A stretch of DNA of 64,000 nt from the human T2T-CHM13v2.0 reference genome, Homo sapiens. Below the pieces are notes generated by a model, which saw nothing but the letters and a program-made list of their open reading frames with translations, did not search any database and was not told the origin of the DNA. Shown one piece after another: positions 29,687 through 42,085 of this stretch (position 1 is its first letter; the number at the start of each line of letters is the position of its first letter). The DNA is taken from the NCBI RefSeq assembly GCF_009914755.1, contig NC_060947.1. The stretch is one strand, 5' to 3'. Both the position numbers and the translations under genes were made by a program.

Positions 29687-30569
29687 ATGAAGGATTCTTA
29701 ACAGTGCCTGGGAGCCAGGCCCTGTAAATGCTGTGCTTATGGCATCTTGGGCTGGAAAACTGATCAACTAGCTCCACATAGACAAGTCACAGATTTGTCT
29801 GACAATAAAAGACATGATAACAAGGTACTTCTAACCGCAACAAGTCTCAGGCAAATTCCTGCTATAAAGAGAGTTAAGGAAAGCACTTATAAGCCACCTG
29901 CCTCCCGAACCTCAGCCCCAGCAGAGAGTGGGCTGAGCTCTCCACAGGAGAGCAGGCGGAGCTGCTGACAGCCAGAGCACTGAGCAATAATAGCAATGAT
30001 GGTCCTGGGGCTTTTGCTTTGGAGCAAAAGAAATTAAAAAAAAAAACCCAACCATGCACTATAGGGCATGCAGATGACAACTGGCTCAGTGGAGTGAACA
30101 AACACTGGCAGTTCTGCTGCCAGAACACACTCTTGCTTTGGCCTCCCTGCCCAGGCAGCTCACCCTGTCAACTACCACCTATTACACACCCACATGAATG
30201 CAAAGAGGCAGGTAAACAAGGAGGGGGAGAAAGTGGAAGAGAAAAAGAATGTCCTTATCTATTGTAAGGAATTATCAAGGCATGAAGCACCCAGCCCCAG
30301 GAATACCTTTGATGCTGGTGGTTGTGGGGGGACGAGTTTAGAAGCCCAGGCTACTTGTCCTAGAGCAGAGGCAGGTCAGGTTGTGAGCTGGCCTCTTATT
30401 CTGGAGGGCAAGCAGAAGAGAAGGCAGGAAAAGTGCCTGAGCCAGGTTTCTGGGAAAGACCTAGTATAGGCAACAAGTGTTCAATGCCTTTGGGATCAGG
30501 GGCCAGAAATTGATGGATACCATGAAGACACACTAAGGAAAAGTATAGTACTTTAATAAAGATATTTAG

Positions 30570-30810
30570 GGATAAGAACATGATATTTACTGAGCATGTA
30601 CTATGTGCTAAGCATGGAGCTATATCCTTTATGTAGATTATCTTAATATTCATAACAATCATGTGAAGCAAGTATCATTATACCCATTTTCCAGGTAAGA
30701 AAACTGAGGCTGGGAGCAGTTTAACTGGCCAGCCTGAGGTCATCCAGTTAGTAAATAGTGGAGGTAAAATTCAAACTTGTGCTGCCTGCCTCTTCAGAGA
30801 CCTAGTATCT
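30570..30810 (-). mobile_element. MIR
   Basis: 'cccattttccaggtaagaaaactgaggct'. Confidence 0.75.
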
Positions 30811-30825
30811 TTCATATGTACTTAC

Positions 30826-31644
30826 TTGGCGGATTCAGTGGCTTCCTGTCCCGATGTCCTCCAAAGCCCACCAATGCCATAGTAGCAAGGGGGCTGAGCC
30901 TGCTCAGGTTGAGATCCCAAGTGACCCCTTATTGGAGGCAAGAAATCACTGGAATGGAGTGCAAAGGATTCTTGCTCTGCTGGGACACTTTGTGAACCCT
31001 GTCTCGAGCCCTCCAGGTGGCCAAAGCTGAGGGGTTGTGGCTGCTCTAGGACCTCCTCAGGATTGAGAGCACAGGAACCAGAGGTTTCTGAACTGAAATA
31101 CTGGGGTGGCAGCTCCTCCTCCTCCTCCTCTGCCTCCTCCTCCTCCTCTTCCTCTTCCTCTTCTTCTTCTTCTTCCTCCTCCTCCTCCTCCTCCTCCTGT
31201 TGCTTCTGCTGCTGCTGTTGCTGCTGCTGTTGCTGCTTCTGCTGCTGGGCTGCACGAAAGAGCCTGTACTTCTCCCAGTTGGGAGGAGGAGGGCGAGGAG
31301 GAGGAAAGGCCTTCTTCCTGGCTCCGAGAAGATCCGACTGGGTCTCATCACCTTTGCTAAAGAGCTCCCTCCTATGCTGCCCCCAGGCCCGGGTGCTTTG
31401 GGGCGCCAAGCTGATGTGACTCTCTGAGAAGGCACGGCTGCGCAGTGGGTGGGGCATGGAGGCAAGGGAGCTCCCCTCCTCATAAACTGAAGTTTCCTCT
31501 GATTTTTTCAAAGCATGTTTGAAGTCTCCAAGGAGGTCAAGAGAAGAAATTGCTCGGTAGCTTGACAAGTCCAGTGCTGGGTTCTCAAGGCAAGGATGGA
31601 AAGGGGTTGCCCATGAAAAGCTAGTCTTGGAATGAGCCATTTCC
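30826..31644 (-). CDS. SHROOM4: SHROOM4 coding exon (exon 6, 819 nt, phase 2-2) with FPPPRPPPP motif and polyQ/polyE tract
   Basis: Within the 286-aa ORF 30822-31682. Acceptor ttttgcag| at 31645-31646, donor AA|gtaagt at 30825. Confidence 0.96.
31113..31247 (-). repeat. Coding CAG/CAA + GAG/GAA trinucleotide repeat: Q3-K-Q10-K-Q2-E21-A-E6
   Basis: Decoded codon by codon from the sequence (45 codons). Confidence 0.95.
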
Positions 31645-31789
31645 CTGCAAAACATCAGATGAGTACTGAGAAAAACAAGCAAGTTGCAGATAGGCCCATA
31701 TTTTGGATGACAACATTTATATAAAATTTAAAATGTCCACAAAACAATGTAGTATGTGTAGTAAATGTAATAATAGTAATAATAATATT

Positions 31790-32050
31790 ATAATAATGAT
31801 AGCTAACACTTACTGAGCACACACTAAATACTAGGCTCTGTTTAAGTGGTTTCCATGTCTTCACTTATCTAATCCTCACAATAACCCCAGGAGGTAGCTA
31901 TTACTATTGCACTGATTTTACAGTTGGGGAAACTGAGGCATAGAGCATTTAAGTAACTTGCCTGGGGTCATAAAGCTAGTACGTGGTAGAGCTAGGATTT
32001 GAACTTGAACAGTTTAGCTCCAAAGTCTGGATATACACATACTACCCCAG
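31790..32050 (-). mobile_element. MIR
   Basis: 'ttttacagttggggaaactgaggcatagag...taagtaacttgcc'. Confidence 0.8.
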
Positions 32051-32440
32051 TCTGTTTATAGGAGTCAGATTGCATGTGCTGTTTTCTGGGGCTTACAAGC
32101 CTGGTTATCCTGCCTCATCTGTTGTTTTTGTTTGTTTTTCATTATAAAAATGTTGAATATTTAGAAATGTACAGAGATTGATTGCCATAATACCCATGTT
32201 CCTACCTATCACCCAGACTTAGTAAGTTTGAATACTTTGCCATTTATGTTTTATGACTGTTTCTTAAGAAATAATACCCTTCACATAACTCTCCACTTCC
32301 ATTCCCCTATTGCCTCTCTAGATGCAACCTGTATTATGAATTAGATATATATACTTTCTATGTTTTTATACTTGTAACAAAAAACACCACACAGGTCATT
32401 CATAGTTATCTGCTATTTTGGATTTAAAATATCTCCTTCT

Positions 32441-32732
32441 GGCCAGACACAGTGGCTTATGCCTGTAATCCCAGCACTTTGAGAGGCTGAGGTGTGTAGA
32501 TCACTTGTGTCCAGGAGTTCAAGACTAGCCTAGGCAACATAGCAAGACCCTGTCTCTAAATTTTTTTTTTAATTAGCTGTGCATGATGGTGCGTGCCTTT
32601 AGTCCCAGCTACATGGGAGGCTGAGATGGGAAGACAGCTTGAGACTGGGAGGTCGAGGCTACAGTGAGCCATCATTGCACCACTGTACTCCAGCTGGGGT
32701 GACAGAGTAAGACCTTGTCTCAAAAAAAAAAA
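32441..32732 (+). mobile_element. AluJ (antisense to SHROOM4)
   Basis: Full dimer with AluJ features 'gaggtcgaggctacagtgagcc' and a poly(A) tail. Confidence 0.9.
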
Positions 32733-33122
32733 TATCCTAATGCAATTCCAATCAGAATTCTCAATAGGAATTTTTAAACTACATTTAACTACAGAATTTT
32801 TAGAAAATTAACTTGTAATAAAAGCAGGATATAATATTAAAGAGTATTCTGCTACAGAAGAAATGGGGAAGGGGGTAAGTAAGGGATAAAGTATATTATA
32901 AAATAATTGTAATTGAAACTGTGTTATTGATCAACAAAACAGAATAGAAAGTTCAGAAACAAAGCAGACTACCTATAAAAACATCATATACATAATCTTC
33001 CCCCAAAAAGGAGATAAAGAAATATTATTTAATAAATCTTTTTGAGATAACTGCAAAGCAGTGCTTTTTGGAGCTACATCATATATTATATACCAAAATA
33101 AATTCCAGATCAAGAGTCATGG

Positions 33123-33125
<3 letters not shown>

Positions 33126-33158
<33 letters not shown>

Positions 33159-33225
33159 ATAATTTTAATATATTATATATGTTATATGTGTATATATATG
33201 TGTATATATTATGCACATATATAAC
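33126..33225. repeat. (TG)n followed by (TA)-rich microsatellite
   Basis: Direct reading. Confidence 0.85.
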
Positions 33226-33797
33226 ATAAGAAAAACCTATCAGAAAATTAAAAAGACTATCATTGTGAGGTGAAATAAGATTCTCATAAGCAATAGAAGA
33301 AAACCTCCAAATAAGTCCAGGTTTATTTGAATTTACATAAAAATTCAAACTTCTGTATAATAAACACTGACTAAAGTTAAAAGACATCTCTTTAGCCTCA
33401 GAGTATAAAGAGTTAAGCCCTCTAAACCACAAGATCTGGTTTCCTGCTGTAGCCTGTGAGCAATCAGCATCATGCTAAGTCCTGCCCAGTGACAGGAAAT
33501 TCCAGGGGTTCAATTAAATCATCATACAGAATATCCATTCAATAATCATGATGAAGATTGGAAATAGTTCTTTAAAAAATAATAATACACATAATAATAG
33601 CCAAATTCAGACAGAATGGAAGACAAAATGTCCTTAATTCTCCTCTTATCCCTCCCCCATTCTGGTCAGCTCACCACTCATGTGGATCAGAAATTCATAT
33701 CCAGACATACCCACTATCTTCTCATTTGGGCCTTTGCACACTTATAGATCATTAAGATTATAACAATCCCTTTTGTGCAAACTGTTCCACCTGGCAT

Positions 33798-33799
<2 letters not shown>

Positions 33800-33862
<63 letters not shown>
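33800..33862. repeat. Compound (CT)n(CA)n microsatellite
   Basis: Direct reading. Confidence 0.9.
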
Positions 33863-33864
<2 letters not shown>

Positions 33865-33909
33865 GATGGACAAGTGGAAAGTAAAAAAATGACAAACGTG
33901 TACCAGGCA

Positions 33910-34170
33910 GAGAAGCCTTTCCTGACTACTTTATCAAAAATAGAGACAACTTACATTTAATTATCCTTATTCTACTTCATTCTTTGAGTATTCATCTTCA
34001 TCCCCACCTGATATCATATCACATATCTATTTTTACTTGATTATTTTCTGCTCCAATCTCTAACTAAAATGTAAGCTCCATGAGGGCAGGATCTTGTCTG
34101 TCTCATTCATAGGTTTCTAGTGCCTGGCACACAGTAAGTGTTCAATAAATATGTTTAACAAAGGAATTAA
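33910..34170 (+). mobile_element. L2 3' end
   Basis: 'aatgtaagctccatgagggcagg...gtgcctggcacacagtaagtgttcaataaat'. Confidence 0.8.
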
Positions 34171-34578
34171 GGTCAAAATTAAAGAAAAAATAAATTATGA
34201 TACTCATTTCATACATAAGTTGAATTAAAGGCAAAATGCAATAAATAAGACAAAGAAGGGCACTATAATGTTAACAACTAGAACACATGATGGTCTACCT
34301 CCTCTGATCTTTTATGCACCAAAAAACATAGCATAAAAATTCTTAAAGCAAAATCTATAGCAAATGCAAAGGTAGAAAAAAAGTAGAAACAAAATATGAG
34401 ACTGTTTCAGCTGATGACAGATCATGACAGTCAAAAACTAAGATAATGAGAAAATCTAAATTTCTTCATATACTGAAACAGACTGTATTTTTTTAATCAA
34501 GGGCCCATTGAGTATATTTTTAATTGGCTATATACTGAGCCAGAAAATGGAAGTAGTACAGACCATATTTTCTCATGA

Positions 34579-34892
<314 letters not shown>

Positions 34893-35076
34893 CAGACCAT
34901 ATTTTCTAATGACAATACGGTAACACTAGAAATTAATAACAAAATGAAAATAAAAATCTTTAGCATGTAGAAAATAAACGGGAAAAAATTCTTCCACTTT
35001 AGTCGAAGAGAAAATCTAATTTGAAATTGTTGAATATCTAGAAAATGACAACAAACAATGAAAATATCAGAAGCTA

Positions 35077-35451
<375 letters not shown>

Positions 35452-36610
35452 TTAGTATGTAAGAATGAATTAAAATAAATGAATTAAGCATTCAACAAAA
35501 GAAGAAAAGAATCATAAAAATAAACCTAAAACAAAGCAGAAAGACAATAAAACTAATGGCAGAAATTAATATACTAGAGAACAAGTGATAGAATAATTAA
35601 AGGCAAAACCAATTCCTGAAAAGAAAATAAAAAACAATGAAACAGATTAACCACTTGCTAATCTAATTAAAAAAAAAACACCCAAATGCACAAAATTAGA
35701 AATTGAGAAATAACCACAGTTACAGAGTAAATGAAAAGAATAAGAGAATACTTTGCTCTACCCCATAAAACAAATTTGAAAACTTAAAGTATTTTTCTGT
35801 GAAAACAAATATTACCAAAACTGATTTCAGAAGAATGAGAATATATAAACCCACCAGTTACCATAGGAAAAAAAAGTATAAATTTGACCAAAAATAGCAC
35901 AATCACATAGTCTTGTGTTAATTCTACCAACCTTCAAGGAAAAAAAATCAAACCAATGTTATTTACATTTTCTAGAATCTGGAAATCTAGAGAATAGAGA
36001 GAGAAGAAAAGATTCCTGCATTACATTGATACTAAAACCCAGCAAACAGAACAGAAAAAGCAAACTAGAGACCCATCTCATCTGAGAATACAGATGCAAA
36101 AATCTTAAATAAAATATTAGCAAACAGAATCTAAGAGGATGTTAAGAAATATGATACACCATGATCAAGTGGGGTTCATCCTAGAAATGTAAGACTGGTT
36201 CAGTAATAGAAAATCTACTGATATAATTGACAACATTAATAAATCAAAGGATAAAAGGCACATAACAATTTCCCTAATGCTAAAATGTATTTGATAACAA
36301 TTCAACATCACTTCCAGATAAAAAAAAAACCTAACAGAAAAAGATGTCTATTTCCATAATACCATCATTATCATCAGACTTTTGTTTTAAAGTCAAAAGC
36401 CAATATTGTGCTTAATGGCAAAACACTAGAGGTATACCCATTAAAAACAAGAACAAGGCAAAGGTGCCCACTTTCCCCACTAATATTTAATATTGTTCTG
36501 AAAGCAATAGTGCAATTTAACAAAATAAAGATGTAAACATTGGAAGAAGGGGATATCTTCTCATTATGTATAGATGATACGATTATTTATCTGGAAAATT
36601 CATCAGAAAC

Positions 36611-36896
36611 TTTTTTTTTGAGACAGAGTCCAGCTCTGTCACCTAGGCTGGAGTGCATGATCTCCGCTCACTGCAACCTCTGCCTCCCAGGTTCAAGCGA
36701 CACTCGTGCCTCAGCCTCCCAAGTAGCTAGGACTATAGGCATGCACCACCATACCCGGCTAATTTTTGTATTTTTAGTAGAGACAGGGTTTTGCCATGTT
36801 GCCCAGGCTGGTCTCAAACTCCTGGCCTTAAGCAATCCACCCACTTCGGCCTCGCAAAGTGCTAAGATTACAGGCATGTGCCACTGTGAGCAGCCT
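36611..36896 (-). mobile_element. Alu (J or old S)
   Basis: Full reverse dimer; TSD catca(g/t)aaac. Confidence 0.88.
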
Positions 36897-38578
36897 CATC
36901 ATAAACAATTTAAAAATAATACCAACAACAGGAAAATTCAGTAAGGTGTCAGGGTATAAAATTCATATATGGAAATCATCTTTTCTACATAGATGCAACA
37001 ATTAGTTAGAATATATAATGGAGGGAAAGATCACATTTACTGCAGCAATTATAAAGGTAAGATGCCTAGAAATAAACCTAACAAGATATATGCAGGATCT
37101 ATACGCAAAAACTTTAAAACTCTATTGAGAAACATAAAACTAGATGCACATAAATGAAAGGACTCACAATTTCCTAGCAACGATGACTCAACATTGTTAA
37201 GATGTCAACTCCAAGTGAATCTATAAACTTAATAGAAACTCAATAAAAGTGTCAACAGACTGCATTTTGGAACATTATTGTAAATTTCATATGGGAAAAT
37301 TAAAATCGTAAGAATTATTATGAACGGTATGGAAAAAGAGAGATGAAAGAGGGAAGACCAGCCCTACCAATTATTGAAATAATTTCTAAAGTTAGCAGTA
37401 AATAAGGCAGTCTCACAAATAGAAAGGTAGATCCATGGAATAAAACAGAGAACACTAGAACACTGAAGTCAACTCAAATGCATAGGGGAAGTTAGTTTGT
37501 GATGAAGCATTTCAAATAGTGGGGGAAGGATGAATCATTCAATACGTAGTTTTAGAACTGGATAGCCATTGAGACAAAAATAAAGCTGAATCATCCTATC
37601 ACTTTTTACAACGAAATAAAGTTTAGATGTATCAAGACTCAATTGTCAAAAAAATACCATAAAGGTACTAGAAGAAAACATTTTTAAAAATATAAAATAA
37701 TCTTGGCAGGATAAGTTCTTTTTAAGTAAGACACAAAACATAAAAGTAATAAGGGAAAGTTTATAAATTTGACTTCTTAAAACTTAAAAAATTATGTCCA
37801 GAAAAAACACCATAAAGTCTAAAGGTGAAGATATACTGGGAAAAATATTTGTAACATATACAACTAAGAGTAAATATCCTTAATATGTGAAGTATGCTTA
37901 CCAATCAATAAAAGGGACCAACAACTCCATAGGGAGAAAAAGGTATAGTTCACAGAAAATGACTTATCAATTTACCAAAAGGTGTTCGACCTCACTTAAA
38001 ATTTAAAAAATGCAAATCCAAACAATAATGACACTTTTTAAATAAAAAAAGTTAAAGAATTAATGAGGGTATAAGGAAACAGGTGATCTTACACACTGTT
38101 GGTGGGAGTTGAAATTAGCATAACTCCTAGGGAGGGCAATTTGGAAGGCAAAGAAGGTAAAATGTGCATATCCTTTGACCCAGTAGTTCAACTTCTAGGG
38201 ATTTATCCTACAGACACATTCCAACATGAACACAAAGAGATATCCATAAGGATATTCACTGTAGATTTGTATGTAATCACAAAAGACTGGAAACCATCTA
38301 AATGTCCTTCAATAGGGACTAAATAAAATAGGGAATATCTATATATGGAACACTATGTAGCGTTAAAGGTGATGCAATAGAGCTATGTGTAACATAGAAT
38401 AATCACTAAAATAAAAAAGCAGGATGTACAATAGAAAAGATATGCAATATGTTCCCATTTTTGTAAAAAAGAATGTATATACATGCACACACGTTACTTT
38501 TCTGGAAGGATACACAACAAATTGCCAGTAATGTCTCTTGTAAAGAGTTGTACTGATGGTTTGGGGTGAGATTCTCTT

Positions 38579-38612
<34 letters not shown>

Positions 38613-38839
38613 CACTAAATGCATTTATTACTTTTTTCAATTAAAAATTAGTAAACAGAAAAATAAAGCATAAATCTGATTTTGTTATACATTTTTCTGC
38701 TTGAAGCCTACATTATTCATAAAATACAGACCCTTACTAGGATTTGTTAGGTTTCTTAAAATTCTGCCTTTCCTAACCTCCCACACTTCTTTTTGCCTTT
38801 ACATGCTGTTTGCTCTTTATCTTCTCTTTCCGCCTCTTT

Positions 38840-39110
38840 ATCTGACTTACTTTTAGATTTCCACTGAGATATCATTTCCTTGAGGAAGCCTTCCCTGATT
38901 CCCCCAAAGCATGGGATAGGTGCCCAGACTGTCCTCTAACAGCACCCATTAATTTTCCTAGCACACTACTGCTTAGTTGTCTGCCCCTTCCACATAACCA
39001 TATTGAGGGTGAAGGCACATGTCAAGTTCACCACTGTATCACTAGTATCCAGCACAGTGCCCGGCACACAGTGGGTGCTCAGTACATATTTCTTCAATGC
39101 GAAATAAATG
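38840..39110 (+). mobile_element. L2 3' end
   Basis: 'ggaagccttccctga...cagcacagtgcccggcacacagtgggtgctcagtacat'. Confidence 0.75.
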
Positions 39111-39169
39111 CAGGTTTGTGTGACTATGGAAAAGAAGAAAAGTTAGATCTTTTTTACTGTAACCTCGTA

Positions 39170-39320
39170 GCCCAGGTTGCCAGGCAATGGGAACAATGAG
39201 TAGCAGGTAAAGCAGTCAGCAGCTGTCCAATTGCTCCAGAATCTGATTGGGGTTTGTGTGTGGTGGGGGGAGGGGGAGTGGCCTGGGATTTATCTCGAGG
39301 CTGTGTTTGCATAGCAAGTC
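39170..39320. promoter_or_regulatory. Candidate intronic regulatory element (RFX X-box-like x2, SOX, CCAAT, GC/GT box)
   Basis: GTTGCCAGGCAAT 39176-39188; AACAATG 39192-39198; CTGATTGG 39243-39250; G-rich box 39264-39280; GTTTGCATAGCAAG 39305-39318. Motif match only. Confidence 0.35.
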
Positions 39321-40069
39321 TGTTGTTTTTACCTAAATTGCGTATTTATTTGGGGTAGCGCAAGCTAATGGAAATTATTTGCTTTGCTCAACCTTATCAA
39401 GCTTCCTAATTCTATTACTGGGCTGATTTACCCTACAGTGCTCAAAGAGCACCGGAGTTCATGAGCTGCATGGAGCTTTGCTGCTTTGATCAAAGCTGGT
39501 GCCTTGTCAATGCCGTCCTTAGCTACACATCTCAAAAGATGAGGTGCTTGTCTCATGTAGGTGCTTTCATAAAATGCTGCTTCCTACTTCAACTGGGTGC
39601 CTGGCCAACGCCCTTCAGCCTTGTCCAATCATTTTTTCAGTTTTTGGTATCCAAAGATTAACGATTAATGGGTTACTGATATTTACCTTGAAACCTTTAT
39701 GGTCAGTTCCCTTTTTCTTCATTCTGGAGGAGTTCTGGGTTTGTAGAAAAATAAGGTCAACTCTCCACTCTACTGGGCTTTTACCATTCTTTTTTCCTTC
39801 TCCCTGAAACTGGATTTCAACCACCTACCCTTTTTTTTTGACTGGTCATTTATTTTTTAGTCTAGGGTAGTTGTGTTCACAGAACTTCTTTTATATTTAT
39901 TTTTTTCTATTTCTTGCATTTCAAAGCATAAATATGAGGACATTAGCACATATAAGAAATTAATAAATATATTGCCAACATATGTTGAGGGTACATGCTT
40001 AAAAAATTCTTTCTGAGAAGGGTACATGATCCAACTTTCATTGGAAACCACTAGTCTGGGAAAACAGCT

Positions 40070-40250
40070 CATAATCAAAGTGGCTCCTCATTAGAATTAC
40101 CCAGGAAGTTGTTTAAAATGCAAATTCATAGGCCCCAACCCTAGAAATTGGGTTTCATACCTCTGTGGTGGGATCCAGGAATCAGCATTTTAAGCAATTC
40201 ACCTAAAGGATTCTAACACAGGTGGTTCAGGGACCATATCATGGAAACAA
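40070..40250. mobile_element. MER5B-like DNA transposon
   Basis: 'cattagaattacccaggaagttgtttaaaatgcaaattc...ggaatcagcattttaagcaa'. Confidence 0.65.
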
Positions 40251-41727
40251 AGGTTCAGAGTAAAAGGGTTGGGAGTGCTATGGTTTGGGGGCAGTTATTT
40301 GTTCCAATTAGGTTGGTTTCCAAACTATACATTCTGTCCCCCATCCCTCACCACACACACCTGGTTGCCCATTTCTATCTCCTGTCCCTGCCTCTCTCCC
40401 GACCTTCACCTCCGATGTAGATTTTATGAAATGCAGCAATATCCTCAAAGGCAACAATTGGGCCAATGTATTGCAGCTGTGATGAAAACAACCCTGCTCC
40501 ATGATAACAATCAAATTTACCACATTTTCTTCTTCCCTAACCAGGGCACAGGACAGGCAATTGAGCAAAGCAGAAAGAACACAGTGTTGGAAAGACTTGG
40601 GTCTGAATTCCAATAAAATTTAAAAATCTGGCTCTATAACTCAAAAGCTGTGTGACCTTGAGCAAGGTATTTCACTTACCTCATTTTCAACAAAATACCT
40701 ATCTTACAAATAAGCAGTCATAAGGATGAACTATGTAAAAAGGACCTAGAAATGATGCTAGGAACATGGAAAATTGCCTTCACAATTGTATGCTTCAGGC
40801 TTGCTCCTTGTTCCCATCAAGAGAATTGGACTGCACTCCCTGATTAATGTTCAACCCTGCTCAATAGCCAAGAAACCAGGAGACCTCAAGTCCCAGCCCA
40901 ACCACATAGCTGACTAGCCAGGAGGCCCTAGTTTACTAAGGAGTTTAAGCCTGGACTCATTCACTCAAACTTTTCCTATCTACTAAAAAGGGAGATATAA
41001 TAAAAGGCAAGTTTAGGGTTAAGAGCAGTGTGACAATCAAAAGGTCTGGATATTCAAAGGTGTCTTAAGTACTAACTATGTGTGTTAGCCTTAAAAAAAT
41101 CCCCCCCCCACCCCATCCCGGTAATAAACTCCAGAAACAGTTGGAAGAAAAGAACATGCCCTTCTAGGGACATCTGGTGCCCCAAGTCATGGAACTGTGA
41201 CCCTATCTGGAGGTACTGGGCACAAGGCAACTTGGGAATTGCTATTCTCTGCATCAGCCCTCATTTTAAAACCACTGCCCTCCCACTCACTTGCCCTGTG
41301 TTGGGGCAGCCTGAGACTTGCAGAGTCACTTATATCAAGCAGGCAGAAGAAGACCAACTCCAGAAGGGGAAGGGCTACCCTTAATGGGATCATCTGGGCC
41401 AACGTGTGTACTAGTCATTCCTTCAACAAATCCTTGCTGAATATTACACTGTGCAAGATGACCAGATCAAAGGGGAGCAAAACCAATGTTGCTCCTGTCT
41501 TCCTGGCTTTAACAATTGAAGCAAAATGGTGATGGTGAAAGGGAGGCTTCCATTGAAGGGTGTCAGCCTCAAGCCAAGGATATTGGTTGGCCTCTAGAAG
41601 TCCTATTTTCAAGGGGATCAGGCCTCCTAAATGTACAGAAATTTGCAACTCTGCTTTGAGACCAAGTAAGGATTCTTTCCTTGGAGTGGAGGGCAAGGAG
41701 CTTCATTAAGGAAAAGGAACTACTCTG

Positions 41728-42085
41728 GTTTCTTTCTTTTCTTCTCTTCTCTTCTCCTTCCTTCCTTCCTTCCTTCCTTCCTTCCTTCCTTCCTTCCTTC
41801 CTTCCTTCCTTTCTTTCTTTCTTATTTTTGAGACAGTGTCTTGCCCAGTCTAGAGTGCAGTGGCGCAATCTTGGCCGACTGCAACCTCTGCCTCCCAGGT
41901 TCAAGTGATTCTCATGCCTCAGCCTCCCCGTGTGCCACCATGCCTAGCTAATTTTTGTATTTTTAGTAGAAACTGGTTTTTGCCATGTTGGCCAGGTTGG
42001 TCTCGAACTCCTGACCTCAAGTGATCTATCCACCTTGGCCTCCCAAAGTTCTGGGATTACAGGCGTGAGCCACCGCACCCAGTCG
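41728..42085 (-). mobile_element. AluS with (TTCC)n tail and an internal deletion
   Basis: Tail 41728-41830; 'agcctcccc^gtgtgccacc' lacks agtagctgggattacagg. Confidence 0.88.

Noticed and set aside
31046-31483. Poly-Ser/Cys, poly-Leu, poly-Pro and poly-Arg ORFs
   Set aside because: Alternative readings of the CAG/GAG repeat, which is too short and interrupted to suggest repeat-associated translation.
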